NCBI RefSeq assembly: GCF_000002075.1
Contig: NW_004797274.1
Span: forward strand, 1,096,433-1,160,432
DNA from: Aplysia californica
Taxonomy: Eukaryota
Reading direction: 5' to 3'
DNA length: 64,000 bases
Shown: positions 1 through 12,100 of the stretch, piece after piece
Layout of the letters: each line of letters opens with the position of its first letter
Position numbering within the stretch: position 1 is the first letter of the stretch
Made by a program: the position numbers and the translations under genes
Notes under the pieces: generated by a model
Told to the model about the DNA's origin: nothing
Database searches by the model: none
Seen by the model: only the letters and a program-made list of their open reading frames with translations

Positions 1-325
1 ACTGAACCTCTCCACTCGAGTCTTAGTACAGCAACAATAAGGGCTGATTGAAGGCATGAGAATTAGGGTGGGTGGGAACTCGGGAAAAACACACAAAAAA
101 GACCCCCAAAAAAACCGGTCGGTGAGAACCAGAATAAGGGTACCGGTATGTGGGTACTTTGAGAAGATGGATGGGGATTCTTACAAATGATAATGAATTA
201 ATCTTAAAATAGTGAGGAAAAAGTTTATGACGAATCACCACAACATCACTGGCATTTGTCCTTAGACCAGAACATGCTTAAAACAGACCAAACCATGCAA
301 CACTGAAAGAGAAGCAGACTCAACA

Positions 326-556
326 AATAGGAGTGAAATAGGATATATTTAATGACCCTTTCAACAATGTGAGATTATTTAGGAGGTTGAGCCTCCGAAT
401 TTTAACGTCCATCTCCGATAAGACCCAGTCAAATGGGAGGAGAACCGTCAAAACTCCCTAAAGTAACACAAATTCAAAACTCCTCGTTGGGGATTCGAAC
501 CAGGACCACCTGCTCCGTAGTCCAGCATGATACCAAATAGAGCTAATGGCGCACCC
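326..556 (-). mobile_element. tRNA-derived SINE
   Basis: Head with A-box-like TAGCTCTATTTGG and B box GGTTCGAATCC (491-501), then a body and a short tandem tail. Confidence 0.7.
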
Positions 557-649
557 AGTCTCAACAAAAGCTTCCACCAACCACTAACTCCAGAAAGAGG
601 ATATATCTGATATCTAGTTGCATAGAGCCGAAAACCAACATAATGCTAT

Positions 650-830
650 TCATCATCCAGTGCCAGATCTGTGACAGACATCGGCGATCATGGTTCTCCA
701 TTCATTCCTTTGCTTGGATGCTGTCAAAAAAAGCTACGTTTCCCTGATTTTTCCCTGTTACCCATTTGTTTAGGTTCCCTAAGTATGTTGTTCTGGGCCT
801 ACCCCTGCCTCGCTTGCTATTACGATTTTT
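650..830 (-). mobile_element. RTE-clade LINE 3' fragment (degenerate)
   Basis: Translates to SKRGRGRPRTTYLGNLNKWV...(frameshift in poly-T)...RNEWRTMIADVCHRSGT with a TGATGA tail, the typical RTE ORF C-terminus. Confidence 0.75.
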
Positions 831-1222
831 AAAAATCATTGATCATTACTCCAAAAGGAAGAAAGCACTATTTTCAAATTGTAAATGACTGCAGTTTTAT
901 TATTGAATTTTTTCAATACATTTTTATCTTCAACCCATATAAAGTAAAACCAAGCGGCGCTGTGGACTAACATGAAAACAACGGAGTCCCGCGCACTCAT
1001 ATGACCGCATGCAGTTGTCAGCACCGTAAACTGCCAAATTAAACTAAGCATGAGTAATACACCTACAACAATTGTCTTGCCTAGTTATCACTCGCCGTTT
1101 CTGGCTCGTGATAGCTTTTTCGTAATGTGAAGCATTCTCTCGATTTTTGGGACTTTGCCACTGTGCAGGTTGTTTTGTTTTAGTACGAGTTTTACAGAAC
1201 TTGCAACACAAACAGGTCATAC

Positions 1223-1702
1223 ATATGTGAGGCAGCGTGGTGGAATCAGGCTCTCGTCAAAATAATCAAAGTGAAGAAACTTGCTTTTTTCTGTGGGTTT
1301 GTGAATTTTTCTNNNNNNNNNNNNNNNNNNNNNNNNNNNNNNNNNNNNNNNNNNNNNNNNNNNNNNNNNNNNNNNNNNNNNNNNNNNNNNNNNNNNNNNN
1401 NNNNNNNNNNNNNNNNNNNNNNNNNNNNNNNNNNNNNNNNNNNNNNNNNNNNNNNNNNNNNNNNNNNNNNNNNNNNNNNNNNNNNNNNNNNNNNNNNNNN
1501 NNNNNNNNNNNNNNNNNNNNNNNNNNNNNNNNNNNNNNNNNNNNNNNNNNNNNTATTCGCAAATATCTCGACTTGTATTCAAGATAAATGGATATTTTTT
1601 TCATCCAAATAAACACAAATGAACAAGCTTTACGATGATACCGATAACTCTACATGCCCAAAAATTGACGAGAACCTGATCCCACCACGCTGCCTCACAT
1701 AT
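1223..1702. mobile_element. MITE with ~38-bp TIRs inserted in a SINE A copy (spans assembly gap)
   Basis: ATATGTGAGGCAGCGTGGTGGAATCAGGCTCTCGTCAA ... TTGACGAGAACCTGATCCCACCACGCTGCCTCACATAT. A related copy starts at ~63857. Confidence 0.8.
1313..1553. other. Assembly gap (others: 4031-4135, 51473-51619)
   Basis: Runs of N. Confidence 1.
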
Positions 1703-2229
1703 ATATATATATACAAGTTTCGAGGATTAGAGGTGTTACTAGAGAGTAACATACAGAGAAAAGGAGAGCCAAGTACGACAGATATTTGAGTTTTAATAAG
1801 AGTCGTATGGCACTTGCAACACAAATAGGTAATAAGCGCCAAAGATAAGAGGTGCTATCCATGATATATGTTTAATAGAAAAGGAGGAGCAAACCACACC
1901 AGAGCATCCACCAGCCACCCGCACTGTGCAGGTAGGACAGTTTTAGTTTTAGTTTCGGTAAAAGTTTTATGGCACTTGCAACACAATAAGGCCACAATGT
2001 AAGTGCCAAAGAACAGATGTGTTACAAGAGAGTACCATACACAAAAAAGGAGGAGAGATAAGGACGATAGACGTTTGACAGGAAAGGAGAAGCAAACCAT
2101 GACTTGAAACCACACCAGAGCACCCGCCAACCACCCGCCAACCACCCACCAGGTTGGACAGTAGCATGCAAAGAAAAGAATGAGAACATAAGAAACAAAC
2201 ACATGCTCATACCAAGGGTGGATACTCAC

Positions 2230-2235
2230 TTTATT
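2230..2235 (-). terminator. Candidate distal poly(A) signal of WAPL (3' UTR ~6.9 kb)
   Basis: AATAAA followed on the minus strand by a GU/U-rich tract (TGTGTTTGTTTCTTATGTT). 2200-9100 is TE-poor whereas DNA beyond it is TE-dense. Confidence 0.45.
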
Positions 2236-4214
2236 GTGACTTGTGTGTTCATGACAAAATAACCAAATTCGTCTTAGAATGATAATGACATCCAATTGTG
2301 AATATTATATCTCCTCATCTAAGAAAGGGAGGGGAAAAGACATTAAAAGATCAACCTACCAACAAAAAAAAAAAAACCACAAAAAAAAACAGAAACAAAC
2401 CAAATCAAGTACTTGAAGTTTTTTTAAAAATCAAGAGAAAAAGCATGGTATTATATAAGACAATAAATGGAAGTGTAAATAAAGCTTGGCGAGAAAAACA
2501 ACCCAGATGAACAAACAAAACACATGATGGGTACATATGAAATGTGAACTTAGACAATGTATACAGCATTGCTTTCCTTACTTCAAAATTTTAAAAAAAG
2601 CGTTCTCTTCATGATGGGGACATTTCTGTAAGAACTGAGAGAATGTTCCTCAAACAATCTCTTCAGACAGGATGTTCTTGATGTTCTTTGTCAGCCATTC
2701 TTTTTCTCATTCTGTCTTTTAAACCAACAAAAATGCTTCTTTTTTAAAACACAAACAATCCACTCCACTTCACATTCGATCACCACCAAACTGAAAGATG
2801 TCCTCACTCCTCAGCCCTGACCACATAGTCTGTGATCTTTAAATTTTTAAAATTTAATTTTTTTAAAGACAACACGCGCACCATCCTCCTTACCACGTGC
2901 TCCATCAGAACAAATTTTATTTGAACCTCGTATTTTGTTTCATTCGTCAAGGCCTACCTCCCAGGTCGGAGTGTAAAACAATCCCAAGTCTGAGTTGCCT
3001 GGTAACGATCTCACTAATTCCAGGAATTATCAGTACAGAGCTCTAACCAAGCCAACCTTCTCAAGGTGTCCAAAACGTCCTCTTGTCAGAAAATCTACGC
3101 ATTCTCTCCCCAATCATAGACATGTATAGGAGTGTGCTGCTAGACCACCACCTTAAATATAATAGAAGGATAAGAACTTTTTTAGCCATTCCATCCAGAC
3201 AAACCCAGTGGCTACACTGGAAAACAGAGGAAACCCAGCTGACAGCATTTCGTCGCTGTCATTCATCTCTGCCATACGTTTCAATGTGTGGTTTTTCAGG
3301 AGAAGCAAAAATCTATTTCAAGTAGAACGTTATGTTCATTCACCAAAATCGATTACTATTATTTATTTTAAGCGTAGGAATCAAACAAGGATCAATCGAT
3401 GCCCCTCATCTAACTCTCCAACATGCTTGATTTTCATTTTTTTCATAATTTTGACATATATTACAATGTCGAACGACAGACCATGATCTCAACCGTACCT
3501 AAACAAAAACGTTTTAGTTGGTAACGTCCACCGCCCCAACAAAAAGGAAACCACAAAGCTGGCAAAACATGCACAGCTGGACAACAGTAACTTGTAACTT
3601 CTCCTCTCACAACAATGCTGGCACGCTTAAGACAATACTACATTTCACACACCACCACCAACCCCCCCACCCCCTCCAATGCAGTTCTCATTCGAAGGCT
3701 CCAGTACGTATTCCAATATCCACACAAACACCACCTAACCAATTGGCACTTTGCTAAACAATCATGGGACTTCAGTCTACTCTACTGTTTTCCAAAGACA
3801 CAAAAAGAAAAAGAATTAACGAATCGAACTGAAAGATATATATATATATATATATACATGCCTCATAAAAGAAAAACAATGTTATGAAGCCAGGTCATAT
3901 TCATATGATCGCAGAGTAAAAAGAAAGAGGTCACAAAAGTAGAACATATCCAATACAGATGCCGCATATGACGTAATGATATAAACCATAAACTGTAATG
4001 AATTAGTAGAATGCAATGAAATAACATTTTNNNNNNNNNNNNNNNNNNNNNNNNNNNNNNNNNNNNNNNNNNNNNNNNNNNNNNNNNNNNNNNNNNNNNN
4101 NNNNNNNNNNNNNNNNNNNNNNNNNNNNNNNNNNNCTCATCGGAGGAGCTACAGCATCACAGTCCGCCTAGCTCACCATAGCAAAACCATTCGACACCAG
4201 GACAAGAAACGGAC

Positions 4215-4362
4215 GACCAGTTTTAAAAAGATCAATGTTAACAACAATCATATGTCTGGCCACAGAACAAAACGGTCAAAAAGATAACTGTTAACAATAG
4301 CGTGGCGGGCCACATATCAGACCAGTTGAAAAGATAATTAATCGTTAACAATACGTCTGACC
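4215..4362. repeat. Degenerate ~50-55 bp minisatellite, 3 units
   Basis: Recurrent (GACCAGTT)..AAAAGAT..GTTAACAA..GGCC units. Confidence 0.6.
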
Positions 4363-5020
4363 GGGGGGGGGGGGGGGGTCAATCCACAATCAAAACATGG
4401 ATGTTCTGCACGCACGCACACACACAAAAAATCCAAGTCGGCTCAGCAATTATTATTGTGACATGTCCTTGCATACAGTACAGATCCACATTTCAATAAA
4501 TGTACACATGGGCATATCATACCATACCTAAGCCCTTTTTCTCAACCGACACATGACACGTATTTCGTCCTTTGAGCCCTCGAGTCTTGAAATATGGCAG
4601 CACGGTCCACATTCCTTAACATCAGCATGATTAATGATGTTTTACAATGGGTGGGGCAAAAAAAAATAATATGAATAATACAACAGCAGATAACAAGACA
4701 ATAAAAAGCAAAGAATTCATCAACATTTGTACATCTTGATTTCTCCCTTCAGTCTTAGAACATGCGCGACAGGCAAATATTGCTGTCTGGAAATGTAATA
4801 ACAAGCCTGTAGATTAGAAAAGCAGACTGAAATCTCACCAGCAGTAAGACACACACACACAAACACACACAAAAAGTGGCTTTGTGTATCCCCAACTGCA
4901 CATAGCAATGGGTATCTTGGGAGAAATACTCACCGACAAGTGCAACTTAGTCAAAACATCAGTAGACTAAGCATTCAAAGTACAAGTCACACCAGTGCTA
5001 GCAGATGGGAAGCTAGATAA

Positions 5021-5022
<2 letters not shown>

Positions 5023-5061
<39 letters not shown>

Positions 5062-5063
5062 TG
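5023..5063. repeat. (TG)n microsatellite
   Basis: Directly visible. Confidence 0.9.
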
Positions 5064-8000
5064 GTTCGGGGGGGGAGAGAGAAAGTTATAGTGTACCCCA
5101 GAATTTACTGAATATTCATGACAATAAATTATCTTTTTTTTCCAGTTTCCTTGTGCAATATACCAATATGAAAGTGCGGCAGTTTCCTATGCTTTTCTGA
5201 ATGTATGTCCACAAAAATAATAAATTAACTTTTACCACCACTATTGTTTTCTCTGCTTCTTGGAGTAAATTTTACAGAAGTAAATCATTCTGAAATTTCA
5301 ACATATAATTTTGCAATTTATGTAAAAACATGCCAAGAATATATCTTGTAAATACATTAAGATATAAACAATATTCCTGTAAACACTCTCATTCATAAAG
5401 TTCACTTTCAAAAAATATAACAGGTTAATTTCCAACGGGAAACCTCAGAGGGTTAGAGAAACAAGGTGAGATTTTTATAAACAACAGAGAAGATAGAATA
5501 AAAGCTAACAAAATAATCTGTGAAGTCATTTTTGCCGGCACCCAACGTGAGACTGAGAAGCCCTTGTTTCACTGCTGTTGTCCGTTTTCCACCTAGAAGA
5601 ATTCAGAACAGTTCACTTCTTTTAACAATGAAAAGCATATTGTCACTTAGATCTAACTTCTACGCTGTATAATTAACATTATTACATTGAATTTAAACCT
5701 TTGCAAAAAGTGTGGGGGGGGTTTGTAATGAACAAAATCTCCGAAGCTAGTGTGCAACAAGAGGGCATCTAGAGAAAAAGAGGGCTATACAGCACCCTTG
5801 AACCCATGCCAAACTAAAACAATCCACTATCAAATGGCAGCAACATGAGCTGTCAGGTTATTATGATGTGACGACCAAAATGGCATAACCTGGCTTTATC
5901 AAATCACCATGAAATGTGAATCGGAGTACCTTGGATCTAAATGTAGAAAAAGATGAAAGATCTTTCTTCTTTTTCTGTTGACTGGCTGTAGTTGCCTCAT
6001 CGAAGTAAGTACTTACTTTGACACTTAAAAAACACTTCCGACTATATCAATTTATCTCAAACCTCTAGGCCTGCGCTTAGGCTGATGCACATCTAATCAA
6101 CACATGTCAAAAGTCTGTTATCAAGTCACACAGCATTTGACCACTTTTTCATTTCCTCACTAGTCAAAGTCACAGGATTTTTAGTACAATCAAACTCGGC
6201 GTATAGGAGTAAGGTTACATGTTGCAGAAAAAGGTTGAACAAAACACTAATGGAAAAAAAAAACCCAAAAAACCCACTAAACAGAAGCTACAGCAGGCAA
6301 CTACACGTAAGTATACTTTACAAATGAATATAAAATTCCTTTTAAAAGACAATAGTAGTCGTAAAACTTTTCGTTCTTCCTATCCATCTCCTACAACAAG
6401 GAAGTGGTGCCAAGCGGAAAATAAAGGTTTACATAGTAAACAAGGGAGGAAATTACTTTAAACTTGGTTATTTACAAATTTTAACTGGAAAGCACACATC
6501 ATACCAACAAAAAAACACAACGCGCAAAAACACACGAAACCATAACGGCCTAATCATTTCTTCAATGTCACTCGACATGTGTGGAATTAATATTTTTCCT
6601 ACACATCCGAAATGAAAGAAATCAAAAGGATCATAATAAGCATGCTAGCCATTAGAAACATTCATTCTTTCTTTTCTTTGTAAAGCTTTTTTTCTTTTTA
6701 AACTTTAACTTCAACGAAAACCCACCAGTTTTTCTAAAGAGTGTGCAATCAGTCCACCGACCTAAGGACAAAAGAGGGTCATACAGAACAACTACCATTT
6801 CTCCTCAAACTTCCCATGGAAAGAAGCATGACCTGTTGGGAATATGGGTAAATTTGTGAAGGGTAAAAGGGCAAAACAAGCGACATCCGTTTTTGGATTG
6901 GATAACAGTTTGAGTTGTGACATTGATTGGAAAGTGTTTGTGCACCTCTTCTGTCCCATCAGTGTCTAGGGCTACAACCTGATAAGTCACCCAATAGATC
7001 TATATCAGGCTGGGAAAATAAGCAATGCTATGGAAAAACGTAGGCTGTCAAGCATTTTTTTTTTTTTTTTTTTCCGAAATATGCCAAAAAGTGACATCCT
7101 TTGTATGGGTTCTTGATGGTCTCATTACTTGAAAAAAAAATAAATAAACAAGGGAGACAAATTGGTTGTGGAAGAGGAAAAGACACTTAAATCCCTTCCC
7201 CATTAGACAGGCACTTGGCCAACACATACAGCTGCCATTATATTCTCTTTACAGAAGAAAAGGAAAGAAAATTGATTTTCTTAGGTTACTGATAACACAC
7301 ATTTTCTATTCTACACAAAACAAAACAAAAAGAAAGAAAAACCTTGCTGAAGCACAGGCTTCTCATTACAAAAAAAACTAAACAATACTCTGGACTACCA
7401 AACAACTGTAAACAAAAGTCTTGACCCACCCTCTGATCTCAAACAAAGAGAAGTCTCACCTATTCACAATATATTTAGCAGAAGTGGCTGAAGACGCAGG
7501 CAAAATTTTCTGATTCTGGAAACCACAAAACCTTGTCTTGATGAGAACACTTATTTCGGTGAAAAGAGATTTTTAAAAAAACAAAAAAACATGCACCATT
7601 GTTCAAGGTCACATATCAACTTAGATCCACGCCCCCCATGGCGTCATAAACAAATCTCGCTCTCGCCGTTTTCATGAAATTAACTCCTGGCCACTGACCA
7701 GTAAAAACTTGCCCGTGAGGAAACAGAAAGCAAGTCTCAGAACAGATTGGTCCACATAACACACTTAACACTAACCCAGGTACAGACTGACAAAATACTG
7801 TTTGCCGGCTGATCCAGATTGGAACCTATCCGATGCTCTGAAATGCTGCATTCCTGTGCTTTTCATCAATAGTCATCACTGTCCAAGGTAATTATTACAA
7901 TATATACTATAAGAAAATTATGGATTTAAAAATTTAATTGTTATTGTCAGGATTCTACTGTGGTGCCACTGTACATCTTTCATTAACAAAGTTTTATCTT

Positions 8001-9135
8001 TAGGGTACATTACTGCTCGACAATAATCAGATGTCATTATACAAGGGCATTTTTTAAAACAAAACAGTAAACAGTAAATTTCTAAAAGCCAAGGCAACAT
8101 CTTTTGAAAAACAAAAAAGGAAATGCTTAACAGGAACTCGGAGAAACAAGAAAAGCAAGTACATAAATCAAACAACCTTTAAATTAGAAACACAAGTTCA
8201 GAGTCGATTTTTTAAGTTTTGTAGGTAGGACAGTCTTTTAAAACAATAGTAAAGGCAATACAAAATTCCTCACGAGAGAGTAAAAATGTAATACAATAGG
8301 ACCAACTAGTATCAGAAAAAGATAGGTCAGATAAATTCCGTTCACAGTCAATCTTTTCAGTCATTTCAATTCCATTCAAACTTCAAAAGACGAAATGCCA
8401 AAAAAAAAAAAACAAGAAAAAAAAAAAAGCAAACAGAACTCCAGCTAACACTCAATGTTGCATTACGAGCTACAAAATGCATATATATATATCTAAACAT
8501 AACTGCAGTAGGCTGCAACAGTTTTCACCCCTTGCAGAGCTGACAAAGAGATGACGAAACAATTCTTTTGAAGAACAGGATGGAACAAGCATGGGTGTCA
8601 CATTTTTCTAAAATGAGCAACTTAATTTAAAAATTCCTACTGTCTATCAACATAAAAATAATCGCACGAAAAAACTTTTAAAAACAAAACACACAAAAGA
8701 AATACCCATTTATTCTCTTAGCAATAATCTGCCTTGAAGTTTGAGAATGAAAATAATTACAAAAATGAACAGCCATCCCTCTCACTGGAATTTTGCTGGC
8801 ACAGTAAAACCTTTCAATTAAATTCAATTAAATGCCACTTCAAATAAATATATTCCTCCAACTTATACTCATGGTACTGTTCACGTCAACTGGATGAGCC
8901 AGGCATACTATCAAACATTTATTTCCTAAAATGATGTCACACTTTCCTCTGTCTTACGAATCTGAATAGAAAACTGTCTTGAACATTTACCGGCGTGTGG
9001 AAAAAAGAGGTATCTGCTATATGTACAGTAAGGTTACACCACTCCAGTCAATCTCCTTCTCAACTTTTTTTTATCCACTCAAAGAAGAAATCTATACACA
9101 AAAACAAATCATATCAAAACAAGCAGTGGGCACAA

Positions 9136-12100
9136 TCATGCAGACTCTAGGACATCAATAACACGGGTGATGCCATTAACATCAGTGCTGCCAAATGCCG
9201 TCTGAGGAAGAAATAAAGAAAAAACGAATGAATTTATAAAACAATAAACAAACAATCAAATGACCAAACGTCCACACACAAATTTCTGTTCTTATAAATT
9301 TTCTGTATTTAATATCTTTTCATGCAGATTACTAAAAAAAAGCAACAAATTTATAAAGTACGGCTGATGGTTTTGCTTTGATTCTTCAGGGTTCAGTCTT
9401 TATCACAATTAACATGTTATACATTACACAAATTTCAGACAATTCTTTTAAAATCTATGTTCATACTTAAGGTACCCTAAATGAAAAGAGGCATTCCCAT
9501 GACTAATACATAACTACTAAATATCTTTAACAAGACAGACAGACATAAAGACAGGGAACCAAACAAAAATGCAACTATCTCGCGAAATAAGCAGCCTGGT
9601 TGTTTTTTTTGTCACAATACAAACTCCAAAGTATGCCTAAAATAAGTTCTCCTGTAATATTCAAAGGGTGGCAAATCACCCAGTCCCACAAAATCCCCTA
9701 GACTTAACAATTGTGTTTACTCTCCGCATCAACAAATTAAGAATCTGGCTTTGCCCCTTTTCAAAGGAAAATTCTTCCCCATTAACATGAGTAAACATGC
9801 CATCAGTTTGTTTCCTGAACTACAAATTAAAGAAAACTGTACACAACAGAGGCTCAACAGACAAACATCTCTCATTCTTACCGTGAGACTCATGAAGTTA
9901 AGGAATTTTTTCAGTATTTTAATCATTGGACCAAGATCACTGTTTGGAATGAGCTCTTTAAGCTTGTCAGCATACTCCTGGGGACATTGACAGCAACAAA
10001 AATATTCAAATAACAATGATTAAAAGCATACTACAATACAACAATATCCGTGCTGAAAACTTAAAACACTATTTCTAACTCAAAATCTCTGTTTTAACAT
10101 AAATTATATATCTACATACACACATGACTGACATCTCCAAATGAAAGCACAGTGTTAAAATAAAGATCGCTCTCGTCTGGAGGGTGAAGTAGTCAGTCTT
10201 GGGATTATATAATCTGGGGTTCGATTCCCAAATTCTGTACATCCTTTAGACGACTGAGACAAAAGCAAAAGCACAATTGATTGTGATGGCAAAATAATTA
10301 TAAGCAATACTCATTCTTATCCAACAGCCAGTTGCTCGTCTCACAATGACAAAGAGTTTATGCCCAATTTCTTGTTCTTAAAAGGACTATGGAAACAACT
10401 ACTCATCTGACTTACAGATAGCCAGTTGAGAGGCTTAGTTCTTCAAGACTCAGAAAAGTGACTTAGCTCTGAAATAGCAATATTTTTTAGTTTCAATTTC
10501 CTATCCACAGGGACAAACCTTGTTATCCATGATGGTGGTTCCCAGCAAGAGTCCAGCATATGAAGCCACAATGCTGTTCTCCATGTGTTTTCCAGCTTTG
10601 TGGAGTGCTGTTGAGCAGGAAAAGAAAACTCTGTGTCAGACTGTTCATTTTATAACATAAGTGTTCAATAAACACCAGCTAAAGTCACGCCAGTCGTTTA
10701 ACTAAATTTCTCCTCCAAAAGTTTCTTTTCAAGACAGCTGACTGAAATACTCTAAGAACCATAAACTACAGTTTTTCTGTTCTGTTTAAAAAATTCCTAA
10801 AACAAAACAAATTTGTATAAAGGAAACATTACTCTCAAGTCAAACAGAAATCATATGAAGAACTGCTGCTGAAAATTTCACAATCCAAGCGTCAAACCTA
10901 TATTGAAAGAAAAGAAAAATGCGTTCCCACACAAAGCAATTCGTTTTACAAACTTAATTCATTGCACATATCTTAAGTATTTTGAGACATGATTTTTAAA
11001 AAGTGTCTGAGCATACACTCATAGGAGTACACTGCTTCAATTTCAAAAATATGTTACCTTTGGTGAATGTTTCCTCGTCGTCTTCCAGAATGCTCTGATT
11101 CCCCTCTTCTTCCACAATTTTGGACTCCGACTGTTTCTCCTTCTCCTTTTCCTTCTCCTGCTCCTCCTTCGCCTTCTTCAAGTTGCTGGTTATCCACTGA
11201 ATGCCAGAGTCAGACTCCTTCCACTCGCCACTCTTATTGGGAGATTCGGCTGTAGAGGTGTCAGGGGCACCCTCAGTGTCTTCCTCCATCTCCCGGGCTG
11301 CCTCCTCTCTTTGGACAAACAACTACAAGCACAACGGGAGAAATTGTTAGAGCTTAGCATGATTTCTACAAACAAGCACACCAAAATTAATTTATTAAAT
11401 ATAAATTAAATAAATAAATGAGTAAAAACTAACAGTGTGACAAGAATATCATATATGTAATTCTACAAGCTGAAAAGTCTTTATGCAAAATGGGGACACT
11501 TCACAGAAACAAAAAGCACATAAACCTGAATTAAAACCCCATTTTTCATTATAGAAAAGCTTTACAATAAAACAAAACTGATTTTAAACAGAGAAAAGAA
11601 AAACATTTACTGGTCTTCCACGTCCACAACCTCTTAAAGTAAAATACCAAAAGAAAAAAAAGGGCAGAAATCGTATTCGAGCAACAGTAACAAAATCAGT
11701 CACCAAATTACCTGAACAACAGCATTGAACACATGCATCGTCTTTGCCTGAGCTTTCTCTGTATACTTCACTTGTGTGGTCATCTCCATCATTTTCTTGC
11801 GGTTAGCCACCTGGTTTTCCACAAGGTTGATCAGCAGACCCAAGCACTGGAAATGAATCGCGCTTTTACAAAGTATTTTACGGCACTTGCAACACAGTTA
11901 TGTCATGTAAGTGTGAAAGATTAGAGACGTTACAAAAGAGTAACAAACACAAAAAAGAAGGAGACATAAGGACGATGGATATTTGATAGGAAAGAAGTAG
12001 CAAAGGAAGCAAATGTCTCTGTAAGCCACCCAATTTTCTGACAAAGTGCAGAACAAAGAAAACCTGTTCTGCTCCTTTAGTCACATGAAAAATCAACTCC

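Larger units (their letters stand above)
1171..2149 (-). mobile_element. Cluster of three tandem copies of SINE-like family A (first interrupted by a MITE)
   Basis: Copies ~1171-1790, ~1790-1922, 1941-2149. The last has TSD CAGGTAGGACAGT/CAGGTTGGACAGT. Confidence 0.8.

Noticed and set aside
480-556. tRNA gene
   Set aside because: Has A/B boxes but no clean cloverleaf and continues into a SINE body and tail.
1217-1616. ORFs spanning N runs (also 51286-51830)
   Set aside because: Artefacts of assembly gaps.
4215-4362. CRISPR-like repeat/spacer pattern (also 12416-12513)
   Set aside because: Eukaryotic context, 2-3 degenerate units, no unique spacers or cas genes.
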